Positions 52,313 through 62,202 of a stretch of DNA of 64,000 nt are shown piece after piece (the stretch's first letter is position 1; each line of letters opens with the position of its first letter). The position numbers and the translations under genes were made by a program. The stretch covers positions 11,963 through 75,962 of the forward strand of contig JAAVGE010000011.1 of NCBI GenBank assembly GCA_014800385.1. Direction: 5' to 3'. The DNA is from Bacteroidales bacterium. Lineage in GTDB: Bacteria > Bacteroidota > Bacteroidia > Bacteroidales > Muribaculaceae. The notes beneath the pieces are model-generated. The model was given only the letters and a program-made list of their open reading frames with translations. It ran no database searches and had not been told where the DNA came from.

Positions 52313-54544
52313 TCAAAGTTTCAACCGGAATGTAGCACCTATGGCACGAGGCTTGCCCCGTTGAAGAAAAGCATTTCCGATGGAGACGAAGTAGAACACG
52401 TCATAAGATGTTGAAGTCAGATTTTCCCCCCACAACTGCAATGAATATTTTTCTGCATCGAGCGTAACCGAGGCATCAGGAAGGAGGTAGAAATTCTGTC
52501 GGACACTGTTTGCTTCGTCCCAATAAATATCCCCCACCCCGCGTGCACCGACATGGAATGAGAGTTTATCGGCATATCGCCAACGGAGATTAAGACCGTA
52601 ATCCGCACCTACATAAAGAGTATTTTCAGGAGCATACGGTACACGCTTCCCTTTATAATTGGTCTTTCCGTTATTAAATTCAACGAATTTTGCGTTGGTA
52701 TAACCGTAAGCGCCATTAATTTCGAGGTCAGCCAGCGGGGTCCATTTCAAGGAGAGTTCCGCGCCATAACTTCGTGTTTTCCCCGCATTTGCCATTATGC
52801 GCCCTGTGGTTGTACCCTCCGGGAACATTGTCAACTGCTGGTTACGACAATCGATATAGAACAAGGCGGCATTACCGGTCAGACTAAGAGCCGGGAATGA
52901 AAAGCGGGCACCAACTTCGTAGTTCCAACTTTCTTCAGGCTTATAACTGATGATTTCCGAGGGCTCATATTTCGATGACAGACCCAACTCGGCCATCAAA
53001 GCCTGCTGAAGCACATCCGAAAACATCTGAGTGTTATATCCTCCTGCCTTATATCCTTTTGCTACCGAGATATATGTCACACCTTTGCCGAAATCATATT
53101 CCAAAGTAAATTTGGGGAGCAACTGCATGAAGTCCTGCGACAGCGAACCGCGCTCATCGATGTTAACCTTTTCATGACTGAACACCTCCCAGGGAGTAAC
53201 CGTACTGTTCCATCGGGTGTAGGATGTGTTGGTGTAGTTATGGTAGTCTATCCCCACCTTTTCATAGTCCAGACGGAGGTCGGCGGAGGCTGTGAAATCT
53301 CCCCATTTATAACTGCTTCTGTGATATAGCGCAAATCCGCGGTCAGGGATGAGGAAGTCGCTGCCAAGCACAAACGTGCGGTCATCCCAAACGATGGGAT
53401 AGCGTATTTCCGGTCGGTTGAAATGATCCTCAATCAGTCCGCGGATACCATCATCCTTGAACGTCACCGGTGCTGTCATGTTCGTCCGCTTATAAAAACC
53501 GAACAGTCCTCCAAGCCAGGAATATGCGCCGGTTGTTCCACGTGCTATGAAATCCTGCGTGAAAGCCCACTCATGGCGACGTTGCGACAGTGTGAAATAT
53601 GAGATTGGGAGGAAATCCTGATCCAGGGTCATATCATCGTTGATATACTGGAAACTGCTTATAGAAGAAAGAGTAACCCCCGGAAGCGTCCAGCGCAAGG
53701 TCAGACCGTCCGTCACACCCAGACGCTTGTAATAACATGTGTCATTATATGCAATCTGCCCTGTTTCGAGCGACTGGTAAGGGTAGCCCCCCTGGCGGCT
53801 GATATTGACCGAGGTCACATTCTCGCCATAAAACTTATCACCCGAAGCAAATGAATGTTTCATTCTCGCCGAAAACTGGTTTTCCTTATCGGCCTTCTTA
53901 CCGTTAAATTCATTACGGAAAAAACCGTCAGTGTGACCATACGACACCGACAAAGAACTTCCCAGACCATCACGCCATTTATGATAAGCACTGACCGAGG
54001 CATTCACACTGTTTGCCGAGCCGTACTGGAGCATGGCGCGTACACCCTGATAGCGCAGAGGTGAGAGGGTGTAGAGATTGATCAAACCACCCATTGTATT
54101 GCGCCCATACATTGTGCATTGAGGTCCGCGATACATTTCGATACGTTCAATATCGGCCAGATCAAAGTCGTAATTATCCTTGTTCAGATATGGCACATTA
54201 TCGACATTCAGTCCTACCACCGGCTGGTCAATCCTTGCTCCGAGCCCACGGACATAAATAGAGGAGGTCATACGTGAGCCGTAGTCAGGAATATAGAAAT
54301 TGGGCACCAGTTCAGCCGCATGCTTCACATTAATGATGTCAAGGCGTTCAATCTGAGCCACTCCGATGGAGGTAACAGCAACCGGACGTATGTTGCGGAA
54401 CTGCGGCTCTTTGATGGCAGTGACCGAAACCTCAGAAAGAGTAAGCGTAGAGTCGCTCCACTCCTCCGCGCACAACGTGCATGGTGCCACGACGGAACAA
54501 AGAACAAGCAGAAAAAATAACGATATGCCGGATGTCATCCTCAT
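52313..54544 (-). CDS. TonB-dependent outer-membrane receptor (non-SusC type)
   Basis: Start trimmed to the ATG at 54544 (MRMTSGISLFFLLVLCSVVAPCTLCA). Plug region IERIEMYRGPQCTMYGRNTMGGLINLYT, then a beta-barrel pattern to the C-terminus. Confidence 0.85.
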   Translation of the reverse strand: MRMTSGISLFFLLVLCSVVAPCTLCAEEWSDSTLTLSEVSVTAIKEPQFRNIRPVAVTSIGVAQIERLDIINVKHAAELVPNFYIPDYGSRMTSSIYVRGLGARIDQPVVGLNVDNVPYLNKDNYDFDLADIERIEMYRGPQCTMYGRNTMGGLINLYTLSPLRYQGVRAMLQYGSANSVNASVSAYHKWRDGLGSSLSVSYGHTDGFFRNEFNGKKADKENQFSARMKHSFASGDKFYGENVTSVNISRQGGYPYQSLETGQIAYNDTCYYKRLGVTDGLTLRWTLPGVTLSSISSFQYINDDMTLDQDFLPISYFTLSQRRHEWAFTQDFIARGTTGAYSWLGGLFGFYKRTNMTAPVTFKDDGIRGLIEDHFNRPEIRYPIVWDDRTFVLGSDFLIPDRGFALYHRSSYKWGDFTASADLRLDYEKVGIDYHNYTNTSYTRWNSTVTPWEVFSHEKVNIDERGSLSQDFMQLLPKFTLEYDFGKGVTYISVAKGYKAGGYNTQMFSDVLQQALMAELGLSSKYEPSEIISYKPEESWNYEVGARFSFPALSLTGNAALFYIDCRNQQLTMFPEGTTTGRIMANAGKTRSYGAELSLKWTPLADLEINGAYGYTNAKFVEFNNGKTNYKGKRVPYAPENTLYVGADYGLNLRWRYADKLSFHVGARGVGDIYWDEANSVRQNFYLLPDASVTLDAEKYSLQLWGENLTSTSYDVFYFVSIGNAFLQRGKPRAIGATFRLKL

Positions 54545-54688
54545 AGTAAGAGTAATAATGATTGACTGCCCCAGAATCTGTCGGAACAGTTTTGCAAAGA
54601 TACGGATTCTTTTTCGGATTACCTGCATGTTAACAGTCGCAATTTCTTAAATAAATAAAAAATAGTATTCCAAATTTCATCAACTTAA

Positions 54689-54696
54689 TATTTTTG
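54689..54696 (+). promoter_or_regulatory. Candidate -7 box (TATTTTTG) for the ECF sigma operon
   Basis: tatttttg on the plus strand, 53 nt upstream of the ATG at 54749. Confidence 0.3.
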
Positions 54697-54748
54697 CTTA
54701 AATTTACCATCAATTTTAACTAATCCACTTTTTCACCTTAAAAGCATT

Positions 54749-55309
54749 ATGCCAAAAGAGATACCCGCTGACCAGCCCGCATTGGAGTCGCGCTTGCGTG
54801 ACCCCGCCTCATGTCGTGATGCTTTCACCGAGGTGATAAAACTCTATTCCGAGCCGCTCTACTGGCAGATACGTCGGTTGGTTCAAAGCCACGACGATGC
54901 CAACGACCTGCTTCAGAACACCTTCATGAAGGCATGGTCCTCGATAGAAAACTTCCGCGGCGACGCCAAACTATCCACATGGCTCTACAAAATCGCCATC
55001 AACGAAAGTATCACATTCCTTGCCCGTGAACGCAAACGCCTCAACGTTTCAATCGATGATGAAGAGTCAATGTTACTCAACGCCATCGAAGCCGACACCG
55101 AGATAGATGGCGACGAACTGGCACTGAAACTGCGTAAAGCCATAGCCACCCTCCCTGAAAAACAGCGCATTGTGTTCAACATGAAATATTTCGACGAAAT
55201 GAAATATGAACAGATGTCGGAGATTTTAGGCACCTCCGTCGGAGCCCTCAAATCATCCTACCATATCGCTGTAAAAAAAATTGAGCAATATTTTGCCGAC
55301 AACGATTAA
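54749..55309 (+). CDS. ECF-type RNA polymerase sigma-70 family factor
   Basis: Region 2: DANDLLQNTFMKAWSSIENFRGDAKLSTWLYKIAINE. Region 4: LPEKQRIVFNMKYFDEMKYEQMSEILGTSVGALKSSYHIAVKKI. Confidence 0.9.
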   Translation: MPKEIPADQPALESRLRDPASCRDAFTEVIKLYSEPLYWQIRRLVQSHDDANDLLQNTFMKAWSSIENFRGDAKLSTWLYKIAINESITFLARERKRLNVSIDDEESMLLNAIEADTEIDGDELALKLRKAIATLPEKQRIVFNMKYFDEMKYEQMSEILGTSVGALKSSYHIAVKKIEQYFADND

Positions 55310-55358
55310 ACCATACGCAATCTTTGAAGTCATACATATAAACATCATAACTTAACAC

Positions 55359-55817
55359 ATGAAGCAATTACCCAAAATATTGACCGATTTAGACCGACGT
55401 GACGGTATGACCGTTCCGGAGGGTTACTTCGCCGATTTCGCTTCTAAGATGGCTCAGTCGCTCCCGGAAAAGGAGATTCAGGCACCCGCTCCCAAGCGTT
55501 CACTGTGGCTGAAGGTACGTCCTTACGCCTATATGGCCGCCATGTTTGCCGGTATATGGCTGATGATGCAGATGTTTGCCATGATCAAAAACTCCAATTC
55601 CGATCTGAACATAGAGAATTATCCTGCTCTGACCGCCGCGCTTGGCAGCGACCACCTCGATAGTTCAGTGTTCGAACTGGATGACCGCGAAATTATGGAA
55701 TCGCTCTTCAACGACGGATTCTCCCCCGAGGATCTCTATCTGGAGGATGACTCCGTTATCTCCGCAGAATATATTGATATGTATGATGAAGGAATCACCG
55801 ATTCAGTAACCGAATAA
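55359..55817 (+). CDS. Single-pass membrane protein, putative anti-sigma factor (by position only)
   Basis: 152 aa. One TM helix (YAYMAAMFAGIWLMMQMFAMI), an acidic C-terminus, and no recognisable zinc-finger anti-sigma motif. Confidence 0.5.
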   Translation: MKQLPKILTDLDRRDGMTVPEGYFADFASKMAQSLPEKEIQAPAPKRSLWLKVRPYAYMAAMFAGIWLMMQMFAMIKNSNSDLNIENYPALTAALGSDHLDSSVFELDDREIMESLFNDGFSPEDLYLEDDSVISAEYIDMYDEGITDSVTE

Positions 55818-55831
55818 GCATATATTTCACT

Positions 55832-56305
55832 ATGAAGAAATATTCCGCCGTCATATTAGCCATTATGGCCCTGATCATTCCCGCCGTGGTAAACGCTGCC
55901 CCCCAGAATGATGAGCGAAAGCAGTTTTTCAAGGAAATTCGCGAATTCAAGCACAAATTCCTTGCCCGCGAACTGAACCTCACGAAAGAACAGGAGCAGA
56001 AATTCTTCCCCATCTATGACCAGATGGAGGATGAAACCGACAAAATCCAGGAGGAGACACGCGAAATGGAAAACAAAGTGCGTGAATCATCCGACCCCTC
56101 CGATCTGGAATACGAAAAAGCCACTGACGCCATTTTCGAACTGAAAATGAAAGAGGGTGAGATAGAAAAATCCTATCTTGAAAAGTTCCGAGGTGTTCTC
56201 AACAACAAACAATTGTTCAACCTCAAGAATGCCGAGCGAAACTTCAACCGCGACCTGATGAAGCAGCATAACCGCCTTCGTCAGAAGAAAAACAAGAACC
56301 AGTAA
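55832..56305 (+). CDS. Periplasmic Spy/CpxP-like LTXXQ-motif protein
   Basis: Signal peptide MKKYSAVILAIMALIIPAVVNA. LTKEQEQKF (LTXXQ motif). Highly charged and helical. Confidence 0.7.
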   Translation: MKKYSAVILAIMALIIPAVVNAAPQNDERKQFFKEIREFKHKFLARELNLTKEQEQKFFPIYDQMEDETDKIQEETREMENKVRESSDPSDLEYEKATDAIFELKMKEGEIEKSYLEKFRGVLNNKQLFNLKNAERNFNRDLMKQHNRLRQKKNKNQ

Positions 56306-56413
56306 ACCTTATTACCCCCTGTTCTGTTTATCACGCAGAACACAATAACTCCATTCAGGAGGAGTGTGCATTAATTACCATTTGCGCCTCCTCTTTAATT
56401 TTATACCGGCATC

Positions 56414-59400
56414 ATGAAAAAATCCGCACTCATTCTGTTATTGCTCCTACTTTCAATTATGAACATTTCAGCCTCCGACTCACCGTTCGCCAAACCCGAC
56501 TTCGCCTTCCCGAAACAAGTGTCCGCAACATGGAAAAAAGAACTTGACAAAGGGTTGAAGGAGCATAACAACCCGCTTATTGTGCGCTCCCTGCTCAATA
56601 TCGGTCTGGCTGAATCGTCTGTCGCTTCAGAGAACCGTGCTGAATTTCTCAACACACTGGTCTCACTGTCAAAAAAACAGAATAAAAACCCGGAACTGTG
56701 TGCATTATTAGATCTGATGCAGGCCGAAATATACACTCAGATTTACAATGACAACCGCTGGAACTACGACAACCGGCAATTGCCTCTTTCGCCACTCCCT
56801 GCGGATTACAATGAATGGTCAGGCGACCAATTCCGTCTGAAAATCAACGATTTGCTTAAATCCGCATTAAGCAACGCCAAAACACTGTCACAAGTAAAAC
56901 TATCACTCTACGACGGAGTAATCACCCAAAGCCGATACCCCGTTCTCTACCCCACTCTGCTTGACTTCGTGGCATATAATGCAGTTATGACAGCAGAGCA
57001 GACCGCGAATGTAAACAATTCAAACCAGGATATCATCGACCTTGCTTTTGATACGCTTCTGAAATACCATCCTGCAACCGATGCGCCACATTTCCTTGCC
57101 ATACTGCAATCGGGACGCTACTCCGGTACAGCGATGGAACTGTACGAGAAAAACAGTTCGGAATGGTTCTCCGCTCTGGCACTCCTTCGAGCAGACAAAA
57201 CGAATGAGCAGAAGGTTTATTTCGCCATGAAGGATTATGTCGAACGATTTGAATCATCTCCCCTGAGAGGATGTGTTGAGAATCAGATGAGCAATATGAT
57301 CCGTGGAAACATCCGGTACAATTTCCCCGACATGGTTGCCAAAGGGGGCGTGCTGGATGTCAGTCTTGACATCAATAACATCACTGAGGTTCGCGTTGCT
57401 CTTTATAAGGTTATTAAAAAACCGATGCGTTACGGCAATAAGAAAGTCATTGACAGAATGCTCTGCGACACTGTTATCAGAACCAATATCGTCGGACCTT
57501 TTAAAACGCAAAAGAAAGTACAATTCATAATCCCGGAGTATGGCTACTACACAGTCATAGCCACTCCGGCTGACCGGAAGTTAGACAACAGCGAAAACTT
57601 CTATCTGACCACCTGTTCTGACCTTATGCTGATGTCAGCATCAGCACCGGAAAACAAGGGCAGCATCTTCACTGCTTTTGTTGCAGACCTGACCACGGGA
57701 CTACCTGTAAAGAACGTCACTATCACCGGCGATACCCTAAAAATAACTCCGGAAAAAATTTCAACTGCCGTCACCAATGACAACGGTATGGCCAAACTCC
57801 ATACAGAAAACTACATTTATGCTTCAAAAGGTGATGATAAATGGGCAAATCCATTGAGAGTCAACTCCTTCCGCAGTAAATCCAGGAGCAGTGTAGTGGC
57901 TACAGTGACAACATCACTCCCTATCTATCATTTCGGCGATGAGGTGGAATGGGTCGCAGTTGCATATAACAAGGATAACATCAACGGTAACACTCCACTT
58001 GTCAACGCCGATGTTGACGTTACTCTAATTAACGCCGGTTACACTGACGTTGAGACAACAAGGTGTACTACCGACCAGTGGGGACGTGTTACCGGAAAAT
58101 TTAAACTGCCTGAAAACGGATTGGCCGGAAATTTCTCTATAAAAATTTCCGACCACAAAATAAAAAACTCTTATGGCTCAACATTCTTCGTGGTGTCAGA
58201 CTACAAACTACCCACATTCACCGTTGAGATAAACAGTATTGACAAAAACAATCCGGTTAAAGATGCCGTGACACTGTCCGGACTGGCTCAGACTTATTCC
58301 AACTTCCCGGTGGCAGGTGGAAAGGTAAAAGTGAGCGCAGCCATTACCACCGGATGGCGTTGGTGGGATTCTATCCGTGAGGAGTTGACAACCCTTGAAA
58401 CGGAAACCGACGAAAACGGAATTTTTACAGTTACTATCCCGGCTGAAATACTTGGTAAATACAACGGTAACCGTGCTGTATATGTCACTGCAAATGTCAC
58501 TTCGCAGGGTGGAGAAACCCGAACTGCGACTGACATATTCGTGATGGGTAAACCATACTATATTTCAGCGAACATTGAGAAAAATATTGATGTATTCACA
58601 CCTGTAAACCTTAATATCGGCTTCTTCGGTCCTTCCCACGACAAAATTGAGCGTCCTGTCACCGTACAGTTCTTCAAGCATACTGACGACTCAGAATCCG
58701 ATACTGAGGTACAAATGGCCGACGATGACCTGTCAGATGTAAAAACGCCCGACCGGCAGCCGGATTATTTGTTTACGCTCAACCATCCGACACTGCCGAT
58801 TGATCTGTCAGAAGTAAAATCCGGTATGTACGATATTGTAATAGCCCCTGTTGATACAACACTGGCAAATCCGACGACTGTCACCAGCCGGTTTGTATAT
58901 AATAGAACACAGACCGATTTCCCTCTTGACAGAATGGTGTGGACCCCATATTCCGGTACAATAAGGATGAACGGACAATCCGACAAACTGCTGATGGGTA
59001 CATCCCGCGATAATCTGACGTTGCTGTGCGTAGTATCATCAAAGGATGCGATTATCTCCACCCGTTGGATAAAATTCCACAAGGGAATGAATCACATTGA
59101 AATAGCCCTCCCCGACTCTGTCACCGAAGCATACATGACACTTGCCGGAGCAAATAATGGTGAAACATACAACAATACCTACGCACTCGTTTCTCCCGGG
59201 AATACGCGCAAACTTGAATTCACTATTGAAAGTTTCCGTGATAAGGTTTCTCCGCTCTCAACAGAAAACTGGAAATTCCGCACAAAAATGATACTCGGCG
59301 TTGACAGCATACCATCGCAAAGTGCTGTCATGCTACGCCTGTTCTCAAAAGCCGTCAATGACTTGAAATCAACCGGGAATCTTTCTTTTGCCGGTAGTAT

Positions 59401-61978
59401 CAAACCTCGATTGACAGAATTCGCTGCAGTATTCAACAGCCTGTCATACGGATATTTCTGGGGTGACGTTGCCACAAAAGGAAATATTATTGACCCATTT
59501 ATAAGCATACCCGAATTTGAACTTTACAACAATTCCTGGATGGGATACCGTCACATAATGTTCAAAAATGCCATGACCCGCTCGGCAGGTGCTGTTTCAA
59601 GCACAAATTTTGACAGCGGCATAGATGACCTCGGGGTGGTACGTGAATATCGGGAGGAAGTTATTGTCGAAGAAAAAATGGCGGCACCGGAAGCAGCCAT
59701 GGAAATGGAGGATGAGCAGACAACCTTAGAGATAACGAATTCGGAAATCACCTACCGTCCCAGTGAAATCCCCCTGGCCCTGTTTGAGCCGATGCTTGTC
59801 ACTAATCCTGACGGCACACTTGAATACAGCGTAACGTTCCCTGATGCCTCAACAACATGGTTGCTCAATGCCACCGCGTTCAATAAGGACCTTTATTCGG
59901 CTCAAATAAATGAGGAGATTGTGGCCGCTCATCCGCTGATGATTCAGATGGCGTTACCGCGGTTCATGCGTCTGGGCGACAAGACCACCGTTGTTGCAAC
60001 CGTTATGAATAATTCCGGAGAGAATCTTACTGCCGTAGCGACACGCTTCGAGGCGATTGATCCATCCACGGGTAACGTCATAGCCTTCGCCGAGGAGCAG
60101 GTGTCACTTGACAATGGTCAGATGAAGGTGGTTTCACTGCCTCTCTACATTGACAAACTCACCCCCGGACTGCTCATCCGTGCCCGTGCCGCCGGAGGTA
60201 ACTTCGCTGATGGTGAACAATCAATGATTGCTATTCTCGAAGCATCACAACCTGTGGTTGAGACCAAACCGTTCTTCCTCAATCCTGATCAGAAAACAGC
60301 ATCTGTAGAGGTGGAAGCGGGTAAAGATGCCACTGTAACGCTGGAATTTTACCAAAACCCCACATGGAGTGTGGTAACGGCACTCCCCGGTCTACGTTCC
60401 GGCTCATACTCTACTCCCATCGATGCCGCTGCCGCCATCTGCTCGGCTGCCATAGCGGAAGATCTGCTCAAGCGTAACCCCGCCATAGGCACCGCCATCC
60501 GACAGTGGCTCGACTCCGACCGAGCCGACTCTACCCTGGTGTCGATGCTACAGCGTAACCCCGACCTGAAAATCGCCCTTCTTGAAGCCACTCCCTGGAT
60601 GACCGATGCGATGGACGACACCCAGCGTATGCAACGTCTGTCACTTCTGTTTGACCGCAAAGAGATAAAGAGTGTATACTCAACTACCATCCACCGACTT
60701 GCCAAACTGCAACGTTCAAAGGGTTGGGCATGGACAGAAAATGATAAAGAGTCATCCTACTGGGCTACTCTCAGCACACTTGAAATACTGGGTTATCTGA
60801 AGCAACTCGGCTGTCTGCCTGCCGACACCCAACTCGATACAATGATCAAGAATGCTGTGGAATATGTCGATGCGGAAGCGGTGAAAATCAACCGCGACAT
60901 CAAAGGCAAGGTTCTCCCCGACAGATATTACACATTGGTTCGTACTCCATTCAAAGATATTCGTCAGTCCACCGCCGCACGTCGTGTTACGGAAGTGACG
61001 ATTCAGAATATCATCGCCAACTGGAAATCATACGGACTGCGTGAAAAGACATTTGCCGCCATTATCCTTGCTGAGAATGACTATCATTCCACAGCAGGTA
61101 CCATCGTCTCCTCAATTTCGGAGTTTGCTATTGACACACCACAGAAAGGGATGAGATGGCAGGATGCCGGTGTAGGCACAACTGCACGCATCCTTCAGGC
61201 ATACGCCCTCACCTCACAGCCGGCGGACAAAATCAATGCCATCCGCCAGTGGCTCATTCTTGAAAAGTCTGCCAACAACTGGGGCAACTCAGCCGATGTA
61301 ACATGTATCATTTATAACATTCTCGCCACAGGTTCGCAGTGGACACCCCTCAATCCCGGTTCAACCGTGGTGAAGGTGAACAGTCACGAGTTCACTCCCG
61401 ACAAGGTTGACAACATCACAGGCTATTTCCGTGCCGACATCACCGATGCGGTCGGCAGCCATGCTGAGGTTACAGTGACCCGCACAGGCGACACCCCGGC
61501 TTACGGCTCGGTTTACTCTGTTTCAACCCGCGACATGGAGTCAATCGATGCGGTAGGATGCGATGATCTCAATATTGAGAAACGGTTCCTGGTAAAACAG
61601 GCCGGTGCTGATGGCACGACATGGAAAGAGACCACCTCATTCAAGGTTGGCGATGTAGTGAAAGTATCCCTTACGGTCAAGGTTAAAGCGACAATGCAGT
61701 ATGTGGTAATCAACGACAACCGCGCTGCATGTCTCGAGCCGATGAATCAGTTGCCTACACCCGTGTGGTCAGAAAACATCTGCTTCTATCGTCAGACCGG
61801 CGACTCCTCATCCGACATTTTCATAAACTACCTTCCGGAAGGTACCTACATCCTTGAACAGGAATTTACGGTAACCAACCCGGGAACATTCACTTCAGGT
61901 ATTGCCACAGCCCAGAGCCAGTATGCCCCTCAGTACACTGCCCACTCGGCGGGATTCAAACTAAGTGTTGAGAAATAG
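56414..61978 (+). CDS. Alpha-2-macroglobulin family protein (bacterial, thioester-less), 1854 aa
   Basis: Type I signal peptide, then a long series of beta-rich MG-like modules. A helical TED-like region (about residues 1320-1600) has GLRSGSYSTPIDAAAAI where a PYGCxEQ thioester would be expected. C-terminal MG10-like VVINDNRAACLEPMNQLP. Family assigned by recalled architecture. Confidence 0.75.
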   Translation: MKKSALILLLLLLSIMNISASDSPFAKPDFAFPKQVSATWKKELDKGLKEHNNPLIVRSLLNIGLAESSVASENRAEFLNTLVSLSKKQNKNPELCALLDLMQAEIYTQIYNDNRWNYDNRQLPLSPLPADYNEWSGDQFRLKINDLLKSALSNAKTLSQVKLSLYDGVITQSRYPVLYPTLLDFVAYNAVMTAEQTANVNNSNQDIIDLAFDTLLKYHPATDAPHFLAILQSGRYSGTAMELYEKNSSEWFSALALLRADKTNEQKVYFAMKDYVERFESSPLRGCVENQMSNMIRGNIRYNFPDMVAKGGVLDVSLDINNITEVRVALYKVIKKPMRYGNKKVIDRMLCDTVIRTNIVGPFKTQKKVQFIIPEYGYYTVIATPADRKLDNSENFYLTTCSDLMLMSASAPENKGSIFTAFVADLTTGLPVKNVTITGDTLKITPEKISTAVTNDNGMAKLHTENYIYASKGDDKWANPLRVNSFRSKSRSSVVATVTTSLPIYHFGDEVEWVAVAYNKDNINGNTPLVNADVDVTLINAGYTDVETTRCTTDQWGRVTGKFKLPENGLAGNFSIKISDHKIKNSYGSTFFVVSDYKLPTFTVEINSIDKNNPVKDAVTLSGLAQTYSNFPVAGGKVKVSAAITTGWRWWDSIREELTTLETETDENGIFTVTIPAEILGKYNGNRAVYVTANVTSQGGETRTATDIFVMGKPYYISANIEKNIDVFTPVNLNIGFFGPSHDKIERPVTVQFFKHTDDSESDTEVQMADDDLSDVKTPDRQPDYLFTLNHPTLPIDLSEVKSGMYDIVIAPVDTTLANPTTVTSRFVYNRTQTDFPLDRMVWTPYSGTIRMNGQSDKLLMGTSRDNLTLLCVVSSKDAIISTRWIKFHKGMNHIEIALPDSVTEAYMTLAGANNGETYNNTYALVSPGNTRKLEFTIESFRDKVSPLSTENWKFRTKMILGVDSIPSQSAVMLRLFSKAVNDLKSTGNLSFAGSIKPRLTEFAAVFNSLSYGYFWGDVATKGNIIDPFISIPEFELYNNSWMGYRHIMFKNAMTRSAGAVSSTNFDSGIDDLGVVREYREEVIVEEKMAAPEAAMEMEDEQTTLEITNSEITYRPSEIPLALFEPMLVTNPDGTLEYSVTFPDASTTWLLNATAFNKDLYSAQINEEIVAAHPLMIQMALPRFMRLGDKTTVVATVMNNSGENLTAVATRFEAIDPSTGNVIAFAEEQVSLDNGQMKVVSLPLYIDKLTPGLLIRARAAGGNFADGEQSMIAILEASQPVVETKPFFLNPDQKTASVEVEAGKDATVTLEFYQNPTWSVVTALPGLRSGSYSTPIDAAAAICSAAIAEDLLKRNPAIGTAIRQWLDSDRADSTLVSMLQRNPDLKIALLEATPWMTDAMDDTQRMQRLSLLFDRKEIKSVYSTTIHRLAKLQRSKGWAWTENDKESSYWATLSTLEILGYLKQLGCLPADTQLDTMIKNAVEYVDAEAVKINRDIKGKVLPDRYYTLVRTPFKDIRQSTAARRVTEVTIQNIIANWKSYGLREKTFAAIILAENDYHSTAGTIVSSISEFAIDTPQKGMRWQDAGVGTTARILQAYALTSQPADKINAIRQWLILEKSANNWGNSADVTCIIYNILATGSQWTPLNPGSTVVKVNSHEFTPDKVDNITGYFRADITDAVGSHAEVTVTRTGDTPAYGSVYSVSTRDMESIDAVGCDDLNIEKRFLVKQAGADGTTWKETTSFKVGDVVKVSLTVKVKATMQYVVINDNRAACLEPMNQLPTPVWSENICFYRQTGDSSSDIFINYLPEGTYILEQEFTVTNPGTFTSGIATAQSQYAPQYTAHSAGFKLSVEK

Positions 61979-61988
61979 TAAAAAGAAT

Positions 61989-62194
61989 GAGGGCTGTATC
62001 AAAAGTTGATGCAGCCTGATTTTTTATATATTGTACGTTCATGGACAGTGATGTATATTCGGCGGATGCTCCAGGGAGCACCCCTACCCTCTTGACAATC
62101 AACACATTAGCCCTATACGGCTGCTCCATGGAGCAGCCGTATGCAAATAAATACAAGAGTCTACTTGGTATTGTTATGAGGGGGAGGTGTGCAA
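61989..62194 (+). repeat. MITE/REP-like repeat, copy C (left arm and both palindromes conserved, right arm divergent)
   Basis: GAGGGCTGTATCAAAAGTTG..., then GGATGCTCCAGGGAGCACCC and GGCTGCTCCATGGAGCAGCC (62119-62138). After 62140 it no longer aligns with copies A and B. A left-TIR-like GAGGGGGAGGTGTGCAA reappears in direct orientation at 62178-62194. Confidence 0.7.
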
Positions 62195-62202
62195 GCGACA
62201 GA

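Noticed and set aside
61700-61760. CLEP motif (AACLEPMNQLP) as a possible thioester in the A2M-like protein
   Set aside because: It lies about 80 residues from the C-terminus, in the MG10-like PAGxE-type motif position, not in the TED. It also lacks the CxEQ glutamine. The expected TED position has no cysteine motif.
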